Shown in pieces: positions 1 through 10,823 of a stretch of DNA of 64,000 nucleotides. Both the position numbers and the translations under genes were made by a program. Position 1 is the stretch's first letter, and every line of letters begins with the position of its first letter. Origin of the DNA: an uncultured Nitrospinota bacterium (GTDB lineage: Bacteria; Tectomicrobia; Entotheonellia; J063; CAVPRW01); contig CAVPRW010000015.1 of NCBI GenBank assembly GCA_963707985.1, positions 1 to 64,000 on the forward strand. The letters are read 5' to 3'. Under the pieces are notes generated by a model. It did not search any database and was not told the origin of the DNA. It was given only the letters and a program-made list of their open reading frames with translations.

Positions 1-1510
1 CTGACTTTTCCGGTTGAACCTCGAGGCCCTATCGATAGGGCGAGTTGAGAATGGGGCCTATGAAAGCTCTTGAAATCACATGTACTTTGCGCCATGGTTT
101 CCTGCACACACACCGAACTCCCAGTACCAGGAGGAGCCCATGGCCCCCATGACACGTGCCCAACGACGAGAGTACCACGCGAAGCACCGCCGCCTTCAGA
201 AGTACCGTGAGCGTTTCCAGCGCGAGCAAGCGCGCGCACAGCGCTACCTTCAGGCTTTGGAACACGCCTTGGTCGATGTGGGTGTGGCAGAGACGCGGCG
301 GAGGAGGTCCAGTGGCGACTGCAGGCGGTGAGGACACGGCTGGGCACGATCGTTAGGCTGATGTTCCCCACCGTCTTTGGCTGCCGCACCCACCACGAAC
401 TGACCCGGGTGCGCGCCTGGGACAAGAACTTGCCCTCCCGCATCTTGGGGGCGCTTGCCCAAGCAGAAGTGGCTGCGGCAGTTGCCAGCACCGAGGGCAG
501 GATCTTTTGGTGACGCTGTGGCACGCAGTCGTGGATAAAAGCCCTGCCACGCGCCGTCGCTGGCCATGGACCTGGGTGGGCGATGACCGCGTGTTCAAGA
601 AGTCTGGCCAGCCACTGGGCCTGGTCGGCACCTGGTAGAGTGGCCAGGAACATCGCGTCCGGCTGGGCATTGATGGACGATTGCTGGTGGTGGTGATCGG
701 CGCGGGGACGCTGGTCATTCCGGTGGACTTCACGGTGCGGCGCCCAGACCCGGTGGGGTCTGGGCGGCCCTGCCGCGACAAGCTGACGTGGCTGCAGGTG
801 ATGCTGGAGCGGACCTGGACCGCGTTGCAGCGGCTGGGGCTGGTGCTGCCGGCGCCCCTGATCGTCGCCGATCGCTGGTTTGGCGACTCGAAGTGGCTGG
901 CGCACGTGGCGCGCCACCAGCGCGGGACGGCGGTCGTGGAGGGCAAACGCACCGACGTCTTCCGGCTGCCCGACGGGCGCCGGGTGACGGGTCAGGAGCT
1001 GGCTGACCCGAAGTCGACTGGCCCTGGCGCGACAGCCTCCAGCTGCCGGGGATGCGGTATGCGCGGCTCACGGCGACCAGCCCCACGTACGGGTCGGTGA
1101 CCGTGGTCATCGTGCAGGAACCAGGCAAGGCAGTGCTACGACCTGCTCTGTCAGGCCACGCCCCGTCACGGCGCCCCGTCTGATCCGGGCCTGGAAGCGG
1201 CGGAGCTGGATTGAACACTACTTCCGCACGCTGAAGCATCTGTTGGCGACGGAGGCGTGCCAGGTCCAGGGGGAAGACGCCTACTACGGGCATCTGGTGT
1301 TGCGGCTGTTGGCTGGCTTGGTCCTGCTCTACACCGCCCGCAGACTCTTCAAGGGGCGCGTGACGATGGAAGCGATCGTGTTCAGTCTGAAACATCACTG
1401 GCGCTTCCTCACCTCAAAAGACCTGGAATGACACGGACTTTCATGGGACCTCAGCCTGGAGGCCGCATGAAGGCTAGCGGCGATCATGAAGCGGGAAAAG
1501 CTGCGAATTG
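1..1510 (+). mobile_element. Decayed IS4/IS701-like DDE transposase element (pseudogene about 140-1431)
   Basis: Fragments across frames: MAPMTRAQRREYHAK (RBS gaggag), WTWVGDDRVFKK, VIPVDFTVRRPDP, LIVADRWFGD, WIEHYFRTLK and YYGHLVLRLLAG. There is an in-frame TAG near 635 and several frameshifts. The right end ggaaaagctgcgaattg (about 1494-1510) resembles the reverse complement of ctgacttttcc at the window start. Confidence 0.8.
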
Positions 1511-1516
1511 ACCTGC

Positions 1517-2661
1517 AGCAACTGGACCACGGGTTCAGGGGAAAAAGGGTATGATGAGCTCAGCCAGTGGAGGGTCAAAACGCGATGTCAAAGAAACGCA
1601 TCCGCTCTCGCGAGCAGCAGGCACGGGAGGTGGCACTCTACGAACACATTGGGCGGCTCAAAATGGCAGCTGGAGTGGCTGAAAAAAAAGCTGCTAGCTT
1701 CAGTTGAGGGCAAACGCGTGATGATCGACCTGAGCCATCCACAGTCAGCATACGCCGACCATGTGAGCTGATCGGGTTGAACCGCTCGACGTTCTATGGC
1801 GCGCCCGCGATCGCATCGCCGCTCAACTTGCAGCTGATGCGGCTGATCGATGCCCAATATACCCAAACGCCCTTTGACGGCTGGCCACGGATGACGGCTC
1901 ATGTGCGACGACTCGGTTGGCCGATCAACCACAACGCGCGTCCAGCGTTTGATGCAGCAGATGGGGCTGCAGGCGATTTATCCCAAGCCACGCACGAGCA
2001 TGGCCGCGCCGGACCACAAGATCTACCCCTATCTGCTGGGTGCGGTGGAGATCACCCGTCCCAACCAGGTTTGGAGGGCGGATATTACGTACGTGCCGAT
2101 GTCTCAAGGGTTCATGTATCTGGTGGCGATTCTCGACTGGTGCAGCCGGTATGTGCTGGCCTGGGAGCTGTCCAATACCCTGGATACCGGCTTCTGCCTG
2201 GAGGCCCTCGAAAGGGCGCTCGGAGTACGGTGGTCCCGAGATTTTCAACACTGACCAAGGCGTCCAGTTGACCAGCCTGGCGTTTACCACCCGCTTGGAG
2301 CGGGCAGGGATCGCGATCAGTATGGATGGCCGGGGTCGGGCTCTGGACCATATCGTTGTCGAACGGGTATGGAGGTCAGTCACGTAGGAAGACCTTTCCC
2401 TGCAAGACGACGCCACCGTCCCGGCCCTCGCAGAGGGCCGCGGAAGCGACTTCCAGTTCTAGGACCAGGAACGGCCACATCAACGCTTGGCCTATCGTGC
2501 TCCGGCGGAGGTCCATTGGGCCCTGGGCTACCGCGCGCCAGCAACGGTCTACCAGGGTGGAGACCGAAGCCTGTAACTGGTTAGGGCAAAGTATTCAATT
2601 GACGCTCTTGAAATTAACTTATTTTGCCCCAAAAATGGTCTTGACAATGGGGTCAAGTATA
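1517..2661 (+). mobile_element. IS3-family element, pseudogene
   Basis: orfA remnant ends LEWLKKK on a slippery gaaaaaaaag run (1681-1690). The orfB integrase core reads NQVWRADITYVPMSQGFMYLVAILDWCSRYVLAWELSNTL, PEIFNTDQG and ISMDGRGRALD. The right end is tggtcttgacaatggggtcaagtata. Frameshifts and stops are present and orfA is internally deleted. Confidence 0.9.
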
Positions 2662-2821
2662 GGGGGTGCGTTGCTGGAGGAGTAGTTACGTTTCGTCCAA
2701 CACCAGTTGTCCCTCTGCATTACCATTGACCATGTCTGTGCTCGAATATGTCCTAAGCAGCGGAGCTTGGTTCCCGTATTCTCCTCCGTGACCACTCAAA
2801 GTCTATGCACAATCCTTCGTG

Positions 2822-4292
2822 CTATTCGCTGGATGTACCTCCTATCCGCAAATTTTGGGGTTTATTTATACTTTTAGCTTTCTTAAACTCGCGGTAGCCA
2901 AGGTCAGGATTAGCACCATCATATGAATCAGTAATTCCAGGAATATTTAATCCAGTGTCGATGAGAGGACTGTCTGAAGCAAGTGCATATGTTACCTTGT
3001 CAATAAACTTAGGATTCTCTGACAAAGTACCCAAACCCTGACCGGTATCGGAACGGTAGGTTACTAATTCTGAAGCTGTATACCGGTGACCGTTTACCCA
3101 CCTAATGATATGCGTTCCCAAGGATTGCCAATTATTGTGACCCTCAGTAATTAATCCATTTGTATATCCTGTACAGTCATTACTTGACCCCTGGAATAGG
3201 AGTGATTCTGCTGCAGAGTCTACTACAGTATTGTTCTGGATAATAGAATCCCTTAAACACGAACCAACAATTCCTTTATTTCCTCCAACTATCGTGTTGT
3301 TATAGACTTTCAATCCTATTCCACGAAAAAGATATATCCCATCCGCAGTAGAAGAACCTGGTACCACTAGATTATGATCTATAAAAAAGTATCCTCCAGC
3401 CTCTTTTGAATTAAGTCGAATACAGTTTATGCCACAATTACTTATATGGTTGCGGCGTATAATAACGTTTGTTCCTCCCTTAATGGGCGGTGGTTGATCC
3501 GAGTGAGTGACATTAATCATGATCCCACCACTGGAATTGTTATATACTTCATTGTCTTCAATCGTGGTAAAATTACTGTGTTGTTTAATATCAATCCCCT
3601 CCTCTTTATTGCTGTGAATTTTATTGCGTCGGATGTTGACATTTTCAGCGTTCGCCAGATTAATCCCATCTTCGCCGTTCCCGAACAGCATACAATCCTC
3701 AATGGTAATATCATATTTTTGAACAGTTAAGTTGTCTGGGGCTCCTCTGATAGCTGACTTTCCACTCCCAGTAACGGTACAATTTGCAATCTTAACTCCT
3801 CTCACATCACCTTTGCTTCCATCAATGACAAGCCCATGAATAGGAGCATCTTGGATGGTACAGTTTAGGATTTCTACGTTCGTGGAACCTTGAATGATGG
3901 CGAGGCTTTGGTTCTTGATAGTCAGCCCATTGAGTCGAAAGTAGCTTGCTTGAACAACAAAGGCCCCTTGCACAATAGGGGTTTCTCCCTGAAAGTTCCG
4001 GACTTCGATAAACTTTTCCTCTGTGCCAGAGTTTCCGCTGAGGTTTTCAACATAGGTTCCACCCCTAACCGTCAGAATGTCCCCAGCTACGAGCTTTGAA
4101 ATACCAAATCGAATCGCTTTCCATGGTGTGCTTAATGTCCCAGGGTTTTCATCATTTCCTTCCGTAGAAACGAAATATTCAGTAGCTACGGCACTCTGTT
4201 TTCCAGAGGAGCAAGAAGAATGGCAAGAGGATTAGAAATCGGAAAATAGTGGCGCGATGTACACTTAACGATCTTTCAAGCAGGTTTTTCAT
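2822..4292 (-). CDS. Secreted right-handed parallel beta-helix repeat protein (pectin lyase-like fold); one frameshift just after the signal peptide
   Basis: The 383-aa ORF has repeated GIxI/N-x-I-x-N-N units. Its frame stays open upstream of 3973 (ATEYFVSTEGNDENPGTLSTPWKAI...GDILTVRGGTY). An ATG at 4292 with RBS aaagggg encodes a hydrophobic leader in another frame. The C-terminus is NPKFID..SPLIDTG..PDLGYRE. The DNA is visibly AT-rich. Confidence 0.85.
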
Positions 4293-4825
4293 CTTATTGT
4301 CCCCTTTCTGAGCTGTCTAGAAATTATCAAAAATAACTATAGATACTCATTAATTATCTTTCATCCGGAAAAATCTATGCAAAAGACTATGCTAGGATGG
4401 CCAAACGACTCTCTTGCAGTAGATTTTTAATCTCTAGTATCGTCTTCGATAGAGGGCAAAAAGTAAGCCACGAAGAAAACATTCTAGTACATTTGGGTTA
4501 GCGTGCTATTGACATAAGAAACGTTCTCGTCAAACTATACCTTGCGTGTCCGCCTGGCGGCGAAGTGCAGTAGAGTGTACAAGTATAGCTTGGGAATGTC
4601 AAAAAAGACAATAGGGCTCTCTGAAGTTTCAACATCCCTCCAAATGTTGATCGGAAGCCAACTTTCCTCTCTAGTTCGACTGTCTTTCCCGGGTTGACAT
4701 GACAGAACGTATTGTCTCTGAACATCTTCTGTGGGTTTCGTACGAACGAGTACATCGCCTAGTACTACAACGAACCCTTGATAGGGTATCATTCTGTCTC
4801 ACATCCCTGGCACCAGGAGGACAGC

Positions 4826-5168
4826 ATGACCAAGCCTATCGACACGGCGTCTGCAATGGAGTTGCCCCCGCAGGCCATTGACCATCCGGTTGAGGAACGA
4901 CGTGCGGATCACGCCATATAGAGCCCCTGGTTTCAGCGTCGTGAACAACGTGAACAACGCGAGGGAGCCGCGCAATCCCGGCACGGCCTGGTGCTTGATC
5001 TTCCGCGAAAGTCGATAGAGCCGATGGTGCTGGCCTGGGAAGGCGCTCAGGCCCGGGCCGTCCGGACGCTGTACCGGTGCATTAGTGCAGGGGCCTGGGA
5101 TGACGACGCGCGGCTGAAACGTCACGGGCAGGAGGTGGACACGTCTCCGGGTGAGGACGATAATGTCC
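4826..5168 (+). pseudogene. IS701-family transposase N-terminal remnant, cut by the IS66 element
   Basis: LDLPRKSIEPMVLAWEG..AVRTLYRCISAGAWDDDARLKRHGQEVD matches the IS701 N-terminal RKSxEPM...WD motif. It ends at the IS66 inverted repeat. Confidence 0.75.
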
Positions 5169-6365
5169 GTAAGCGTTCAGGTGATTGATCAAGCTATGCC
5201 GCGGGATGCAGGCACTGCTGGCTCTCAGCGGGGAGTGGAAGCAAGGACGGTGCGGGCTCGCCACGCCGTGTTGCTTCACACGCGGCCGTCAGATAGTCGA
5301 GGACATTGCGGTGTTGTTGCGTGAGCGTAGCCACTACCGTCATTATCGCTTCGACGAACCGGGACCCCTCCGTATTTGGGTGCCAAAGCTCCCCTTGCGC
5401 CACAACGCCCCAGGACGAATGGCCCGCGCAGCGGCATTGTTCGTGGGGTCCACCCCTTCGTGACGCACGAACGTCCACAGCGCCTGCCGGAGCTTCAAGA
5501 TCTCCCGGCAGGTGCCCTCGGTCTTGGGGACGCCACAGCTCTGGCCAGCCTCGAGCAGTCGCTCGACGTCCCGCCGGATGGGCGGCATGGAGGTCTGGAA
5601 GCTGGCATGCGTCAGCGGCGCCGTCCCGGACGCGATGCCACCCGTGCCACATCTGGCGGGCCTGAACTCGCAGGGCCTCTCCGACCTCGGCCGAGCGCCC
5701 GCCCCGTGCGATCATCGCTTCGATGTCCCGCAGCAGATGCGCCCACCAGGGCTATCGTCGCCTGGAGGCGGGGGCCAAAGCCACCGGTCGGGACCCCCAG
5801 GGGCAACTCTGCCCGCGTGGCTGCGCCACATGCCGGACAGACCAACTGATGCAGCTGATACTCGGTGACGACGGGCTTCACCGGTGGAAGCTCGGTCACC
5901 TGCTGCCGCTGGGGCTGCGGATCCTCCCCCTGCAAGGGGTGCTGGCAGCGGCGACAGCGCTCCGGCTTGACGGGGACCACTGAGTCCACCTTCGTCCACC
6001 GGCACCAACGCCCGGGCGTGTCCCTCATGACCAGGTGGTCCACCCGGGTCGACGTCCACTCGGCTCTCGACGCGACTTGCTTGCCAGGGGCCTGGGGCGG
6101 GTCGCTCGACGGCGGCCGCGACGAGTGACGGGAGTTCTGCTGCACGTGCTCGGTCAAGTGCTGGACCATCGCCTCCAACCGCTACACAATACTCTCCAAC
6201 GCTGCCACGCGGGCTTCGAGAGCCTCGACGTAGTCCGGGACGGCGGCTGGGGTGTGGTCCCACAGCGCTTGGGAAAATGGCCGCTTGGCGTTCATGAGGC
6301 GCGATGGTACGCGATCGAGGTATCGGCTCGCAAGTATTTCTCGTACCGACCACGTGAACGCTTAC
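5169..6365 (-). mobile_element. IS66-family element (single-ORF type), pseudogene
   Basis: Terminal inverted repeats gtaagcgttcaggtg (5169-5183) and cacgtgaacgcttac (6351-6365) match at 14/15. Motifs: QNSRHSSRPPSSD, CRRC..CPACG and VDPTNNAAARAIRPGALWRKGSFGTQ. Several frameshifts. Confidence 0.9.
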
Positions 6366-6373
6366 CCTGAAAT

Positions 6374-6518
6374 GTAACCGTTCACGTGGGTGTCCAGAAT
6401 AAATAGCGCCAAATGAATATGTTAGACCGCCATGCACTGGCAAAATCCTAAAAGTTTCGGAAATTTGTCTGTTTCAGTCCCTAAGAAATCAATAGGTTGC
6501 GACCACATGAACGGTTAC
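6374..6518. mobile_element. 145-bp MITE-like or deleted element with IS66-type ends
   Basis: gtaaccgttcacgtg (6374-6388) and cacatgaacggttac (6504-6518) form a 14/15 inverted repeat that is nearly identical to the neighbouring IS66 ends. The interior is AT-rich with no recognisable gene. Confidence 0.7.
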
Positions 6519-7047
6519 TATTTCAGGAACCCTAGGGGGCTGACGTCTTCCATAGGGTCCTTGCGAGGCGCAGGTTCTCAAGCCTGCGCCTTTTGTGTTT
6601 CTGCGGCCTATGGGCAAACATCCTGCCTGAGCCATGGATGCCAGGCGGAGACGGGATGAGAGGAATCGTGCAAATTTGTCGGAACACGGACGGCTCTTTC
6701 ATCCACATGAGCGGATGCCCCTTTGTCATTGACCTGGCCCACACCAGCCCTGTCTTCAACGCTCTGCTCAAAACCAAGGTCCTCTGAGAACGAGTCTTAG
6801 ACCGGAGCAAACGACCTCTGTATAAGACGATCCTCCCCCGGCCAAATGCTAGCGTCCGTTGAACTGCTGTGCTAGTTTAGCAATTGATGCGATATGGAGG
6901 CCGAAGAGGGGATCTGCGAATGAGGTCCTCCCAATCCTTGTCCGAACAGATGGAGCCCCCAAGGCGCTGTTCAGGGGGCAAGGGAGAGTTCACGTGGCCA
7001 TTCGGGTGATGCAAGCCATCTTGACGGCCCATTGCTCCATGTCTCAC

Positions 7048-7644
7048 ATGTTTGTAGAGCATGCCCTGAGGATCGTGTGGCATAGACTCCCCCAGGCCAT
7101 GGCGCTGGCCATCACGCCTCTCACGTTGGCAAGTTGTGCCGAGCTGATAGAGTTCCGAACAGACATCGCCCGCTTACGAGCTGATCTGCAGGCCAATACT
7201 CAAGCCCTGTCCCAACTGTCAGCGCGGGTGGATGAGCTCGAACGTCGGCAGGCCAATGCCGAGAGCGCCGCGCGGCAAATGCAGCAAGACCTCTCGCAAG
7301 CGATCGAAGTCCTCCTCAGAAAAGCCCTGATGACGGAAGATCGTCAGATCACCCGTGAATCTGGGAAGAGCTCGCCCAAGGATACTAAAAATCTGGAGAG
7401 TCGGGAACACCAGCACTCGGCGATGGAACAGGGGGCCTCATCACGAGGGGGGAACTCGCAGCCAGGGAGAAAACAGCTCAGCCTTGGCATGACCCAGGAC
7501 GATGTGCGACGTATGTTGGGGGAGCCGACCAGCATCGAACCTGTTGGGCCATATGTATTCTGGCACTACTCACCGATGAGCAACCAGCAATACGTCATCT
7601 TCGACAAAATGAGCGGCCAGGTGTCGGGCTGGCGGGGTCCATAA
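7048..7644 (+). CDS. Putative lipoprotein with a coiled coil and a C-terminal SmpA/OmlA (BamE)-like domain; start uncertain
   Basis: Lipobox-like LTLASC, a heptad-rich segment, and LSLGMTQDDVRRMLGEPTSIEPVGPYVFWHY. Confidence 0.6.
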   Translation: MFVEHALRIVWHRLPQAMALAITPLTLASCAELIEFRTDIARLRADLQANTQALSQLSARVDELERRQANAESAARQMQQDLSQAIEVLLRKALMTEDRQITRESGKSSPKDTKNLESREHQHSAMEQGASSRGGNSQPGRKQLSLGMTQDDVRRMLGEPTSIEPVGPYVFWHYSPMSNQQYVIFDKMSGQVSGWRGP

Positions 7645-7662
7645 CATCACGGCGACCGTCGT

Positions 7663-7989
7663 ATGCTACCAGGCTATTTGCACCTTCTCGTCGCGCTCTT
7701 GTGGGTTTTGGCATGGCAAAAGGCGCAGGCAAGCGACCTTCCCGTCGTGCACGCTGCGCTATCTGGGTCCCATCCGCTCAACGCCCAGACTCAAACCTCG
7801 AGCTTTATCAAGAGCCTGCAACGCGAGCTGAAACGCGCCGGTTACGATCCCGGCATTGTGGATGGTAAAATGGGGCCCGCCACGCAGCGCGCCTTGAAAC
7901 GATTTCAAGAGGCGCATGGACTTCTTCCTACCGGTGCTCCCGACATTCCCACCCTCACCAAGTTGCTTGGACAAGGCCTGCCACCATAG
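7663..7989 (+). CDS. Secreted peptidoglycan-binding domain protein (PG_binding_1)
   Basis: Signal peptide ending AQA, then IKSLQRELKRAGYDPGIVDGKMGPATQRALKRFQEAHGL. Confidence 0.85.
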   Translation: MLPGYLHLLVALLWVLAWQKAQASDLPVVHAALSGSHPLNAQTQTSSFIKSLQRELKRAGYDPGIVDGKMGPATQRALKRFQEAHGLLPTGAPDIPTLTKLLGQGLPP

Positions 7990-8090
7990 TCCCCACCCTC
8001 TCTATGAGCCACCAAGTCGCCTCGGCGCCAGGGAGAAAAGGCGATGACACAACAGCGTGCCGCCAGCACGCGATGGGAAACCCGCCGCCC

Positions 8091-9749
8091 TCATGGATGT
8101 GTCGGTCCGGCACCATTGCTTTGCGGCGACTCGATTGAGGCCAGAGCCGCGTCATGCCGCTCTTCGCGGACGCGATCAAGCTCCATGAAGATCGCCGCCA
8201 CCCACTTGAAGATGTTATGCTCGGAGACATGCTCCTGTAACCGAGCCATCCGATGGGTGCGCTCCTCTGCCGACATTTCGATGGCCTGCTTCAGGGTATC
8301 TGCCACACTCTCCACGTCATAGGGATTGATCAACAGCGCATTGTCGAGTTCCTCAGCGGCCCCGGCGAACTCGCTGCAAATCAACACCCCTTTGCGCTCG
8401 ACTTGCGACGCCACGAATTCTTTCGCCACCAAGTTCATACCATCGTGTAGGGAGCTCACCATGGCAAAGTCCGCCAGACGATAATAGACGACGAGCTCCG
8501 GTGGTTCCAGGTGCTCATAGCGATAATGAATGGGCTTGTAGGTGTCTGTCCCAAAGCGACTGTTGAGATGCTCGACCAGGCTTTCGACCTGCTCTTTGAC
8601 CTGGCGGTATTCATCGATCTGGGTCCGGCTGGGGACGGCAATCTGCACGAAACAGAAGCGGCCCTGATACTCAGGATATTTTTCGAGGAAGCGTTCGATG
8701 GCCTGAAATCGGCTGACGATCCCTTTGGTATAATCCAGCCGATCGACCCCGAGCCCAATGATCGGGAACGCCAGCTCGGATTTCGCACGGAGTTGCGCTA
8801 GGCGCCGAGGCATCCGACGCTGCCGGGCAATGCCACTCCACCAGTCATAGTCGATGCTGATGGGAAATGGGCGCACCCAGGTCTCTCGTCCTTCGTGCTC
8901 GACAACGCCGGCTTTCAGGTCCACATTGGCCCCAAGCACCCGTTCGGCGCATTGCAGAAAGTTCTGGCAATACTGGTCAAGATGGAACCCCAACAGGTCG
9001 TTGCCGAGCAGGCCTTCCAGGAGCTCGCGGCGCCAGGGACAGACGCGGTAGAGCTCCCAGGGGGGCCAGGGAATATGCCAGAAATGCATGATGGAGAGGT
9101 CAGGCAGGCGACGCCGCAGGTATTGCGGACAGAGCGCTAACTGATAGTCCTGCACCCATACGGTCGCCGGTTGGTCTTGGCATTCCTGCGCTACGATCTC
9201 GGCAAACTGTTCATTGACCTCATGGTAATGGCGCCAATGCGACGGCTTGAACGAGGTCCGTTCGAGGTGCAGGTGGCACAGCGGCCACAGGGCGCTATTC
9301 GCAAAGCCATAGTAGAAGCCGCGAATTTGTGTCTCGCTTAACCACGCACGTCGCAAAGTATATTGAGGATTGTTCGGTGGGACCCGAACGCGATCGTTGG
9401 CATCAACGGTTTCCCGGTCTGCGTTGCCACTTCCCCAGGCCACCCACGTCCCGTGGCAGGCTTGCATGACTGGGTCGAGCGCCGAAGTGAGCCCACCGGC
9501 GGCGTGCGTCCATCGGGTACCTTCACCGCTCCGGAGCAAATGCGACACTCTTGCGGCCACCCGGAGGGCCCAGTCAAAATTCGAGGGCACGGTCTCACGC
9601 CCGGAGGGATCTTTGCTGACTGGATCGGGCAGTGCCTGACGATGCCAGCGGTGGATGTACGGTTCTCGATTCGACACCAGAATCAGACGGGTGCCATGGA
9701 GGAAAGAATGGATGTGGTCAGCGATGCTTGTAGCGGTCCATCTCGACAT
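8091..9749 (-). CDS. otsA: Trehalose-6-phosphate synthase family (GT20)
   Basis: LVSNREP, GGL, YYGFANSALWPLCH, FWHIPWP, GVDRLDYTKGI, DGMNLVAKEF and SEFAGAA. RBS aaggagg precedes the ATG at 9749. Confidence 0.93.
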   Translation of the reverse strand: MSRWTATSIADHIHSFLHGTRLILVSNREPYIHRWHRQALPDPVSKDPSGRETVPSNFDWALRVAARVSHLLRSGEGTRWTHAAGGLTSALDPVMQACHGTWVAWGSGNADRETVDANDRVRVPPNNPQYTLRRAWLSETQIRGFYYGFANSALWPLCHLHLERTSFKPSHWRHYHEVNEQFAEIVAQECQDQPATVWVQDYQLALCPQYLRRRLPDLSIMHFWHIPWPPWELYRVCPWRRELLEGLLGNDLLGFHLDQYCQNFLQCAERVLGANVDLKAGVVEHEGRETWVRPFPISIDYDWWSGIARQRRMPRRLAQLRAKSELAFPIIGLGVDRLDYTKGIVSRFQAIERFLEKYPEYQGRFCFVQIAVPSRTQIDEYRQVKEQVESLVEHLNSRFGTDTYKPIHYRYEHLEPPELVVYYRLADFAMVSSLHDGMNLVAKEFVASQVERKGVLICSEFAGAAEELDNALLINPYDVESVADTLKQAIEMSAEERTHRMARLQEHVSEHNIFKWVAAIFMELDRVREERHDAALASIESPQSNGAGPTHP

Positions 9750-9872
9750 GCGGAGTCCTCCCTTGGCAATTAGTGCGCTTGTCAAGGGGTGGGGCCGGCC
9801 AGCATATCTGTTCAGGCCCACCGCTTCACATGCGTATACAGGCCCACGGGAATCCCGAACAAGCCTCTGTCT

Positions 9873-10464
9873 TCATGTCCCTGTCTCGGTTCTCTGACCA
9901 GAGTCAACGTGCTCCAACGGCAAAAGGGCCGGTGGTGTCAAGGCCATGACGATCTGCGCCACCTCGTCACCGATGTTTTCCAGCCCATGGGGGGCAGCGC
10001 CATCCCAGAAAATGCTGTCTCCTTTGTCGAGGAGATAGCGCTCGCCGCCGTATGACGCTCGCACTTTCCCCTGGACCACCAAGTGGCATTCGTGCCCATC
10101 ATGGAACTGTCCCTTCGTCCACGACACTCCGCCCGGTGGAAGCTCTAACCACACCAGTTCCAGGTGGCGTGAGGGGAGGGGAGACAGGATCGACGCCCGC
10201 GGCCCGTCATCGCCCGATGTGGACGACATGGCGAGCGTCCTTGCGGATGACCTGGGGTTTGATATCATCATCGAACAGGAGGGACGACAGCGGTACCTGG
10301 AGTGCCGAGGCTACCCGCTGCAAGGTCTGCAGTGAGGGATCAGTCTTGCTATGTTCGAGCTGGCTAATAAAGCCACTCGTGACCTGGACGCGTGCCGCCA
10401 GCTCGCCGGTCGTCAGCTCGCGTCGCCGGCGCAGGTCCTGAATGCGTTTTCCCAGGTTCAGCAT
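9873..10464 (-). CDS. XRE-family HTH + cupin transcriptional regulator (one frameshift near 10210)
   Basis: HTH domain LGKRIQDLRRRRELTTGELAARVQVTSGFISQLEHSKTDPSLQTL. Cupin HDGHECHLVVQG..GDSIFWDGAAPHGLEN lies in the overlapping frame. Confidence 0.85.
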
Positions 10465-10823
10465 AGCTCCCCTACCAAGCTAGCAGGATGATTTTAGACT
10501 CATTAAAAATAATTAGCATTAATATATGGCTCCCCAGACCAACTGTCAAATCGTCCGTGCGCCCTCCCTCTCTCGCGGCCAGCAGGTGGATTCCCTGCAA
10601 AAGAGTGGTGGACCGCGCCGTGCGCCGGCACAACGTCGCAATAGAATATGGCTTGCAAACGCAGCCCATTTTCTGGTTCATTACACTGGACAAGCATGAC
10701 CGATGCCCAGCTTCTGCCGGCATCTCCAGCTGCATAGATAGTTCGGGAAAGCACCGATGACAGACTGACAGGCCAACGTTTGCAGGCAGTGATCGACAGC
10801 GGGATGGGGGAGGAGCGACTTCA

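Noticed and set aside
4941..4958. gtgaacaac tandem duplication
   Set aside because: Only two units inside a decayed IS701 remnant, most likely a slippage scar.
6600..6700. c-di-GMP-I riboswitch (gggcaaac...)
   Set aside because: Only the first few bases match. The GNRA loop, the GACGCAAA junction and the second stem are missing.
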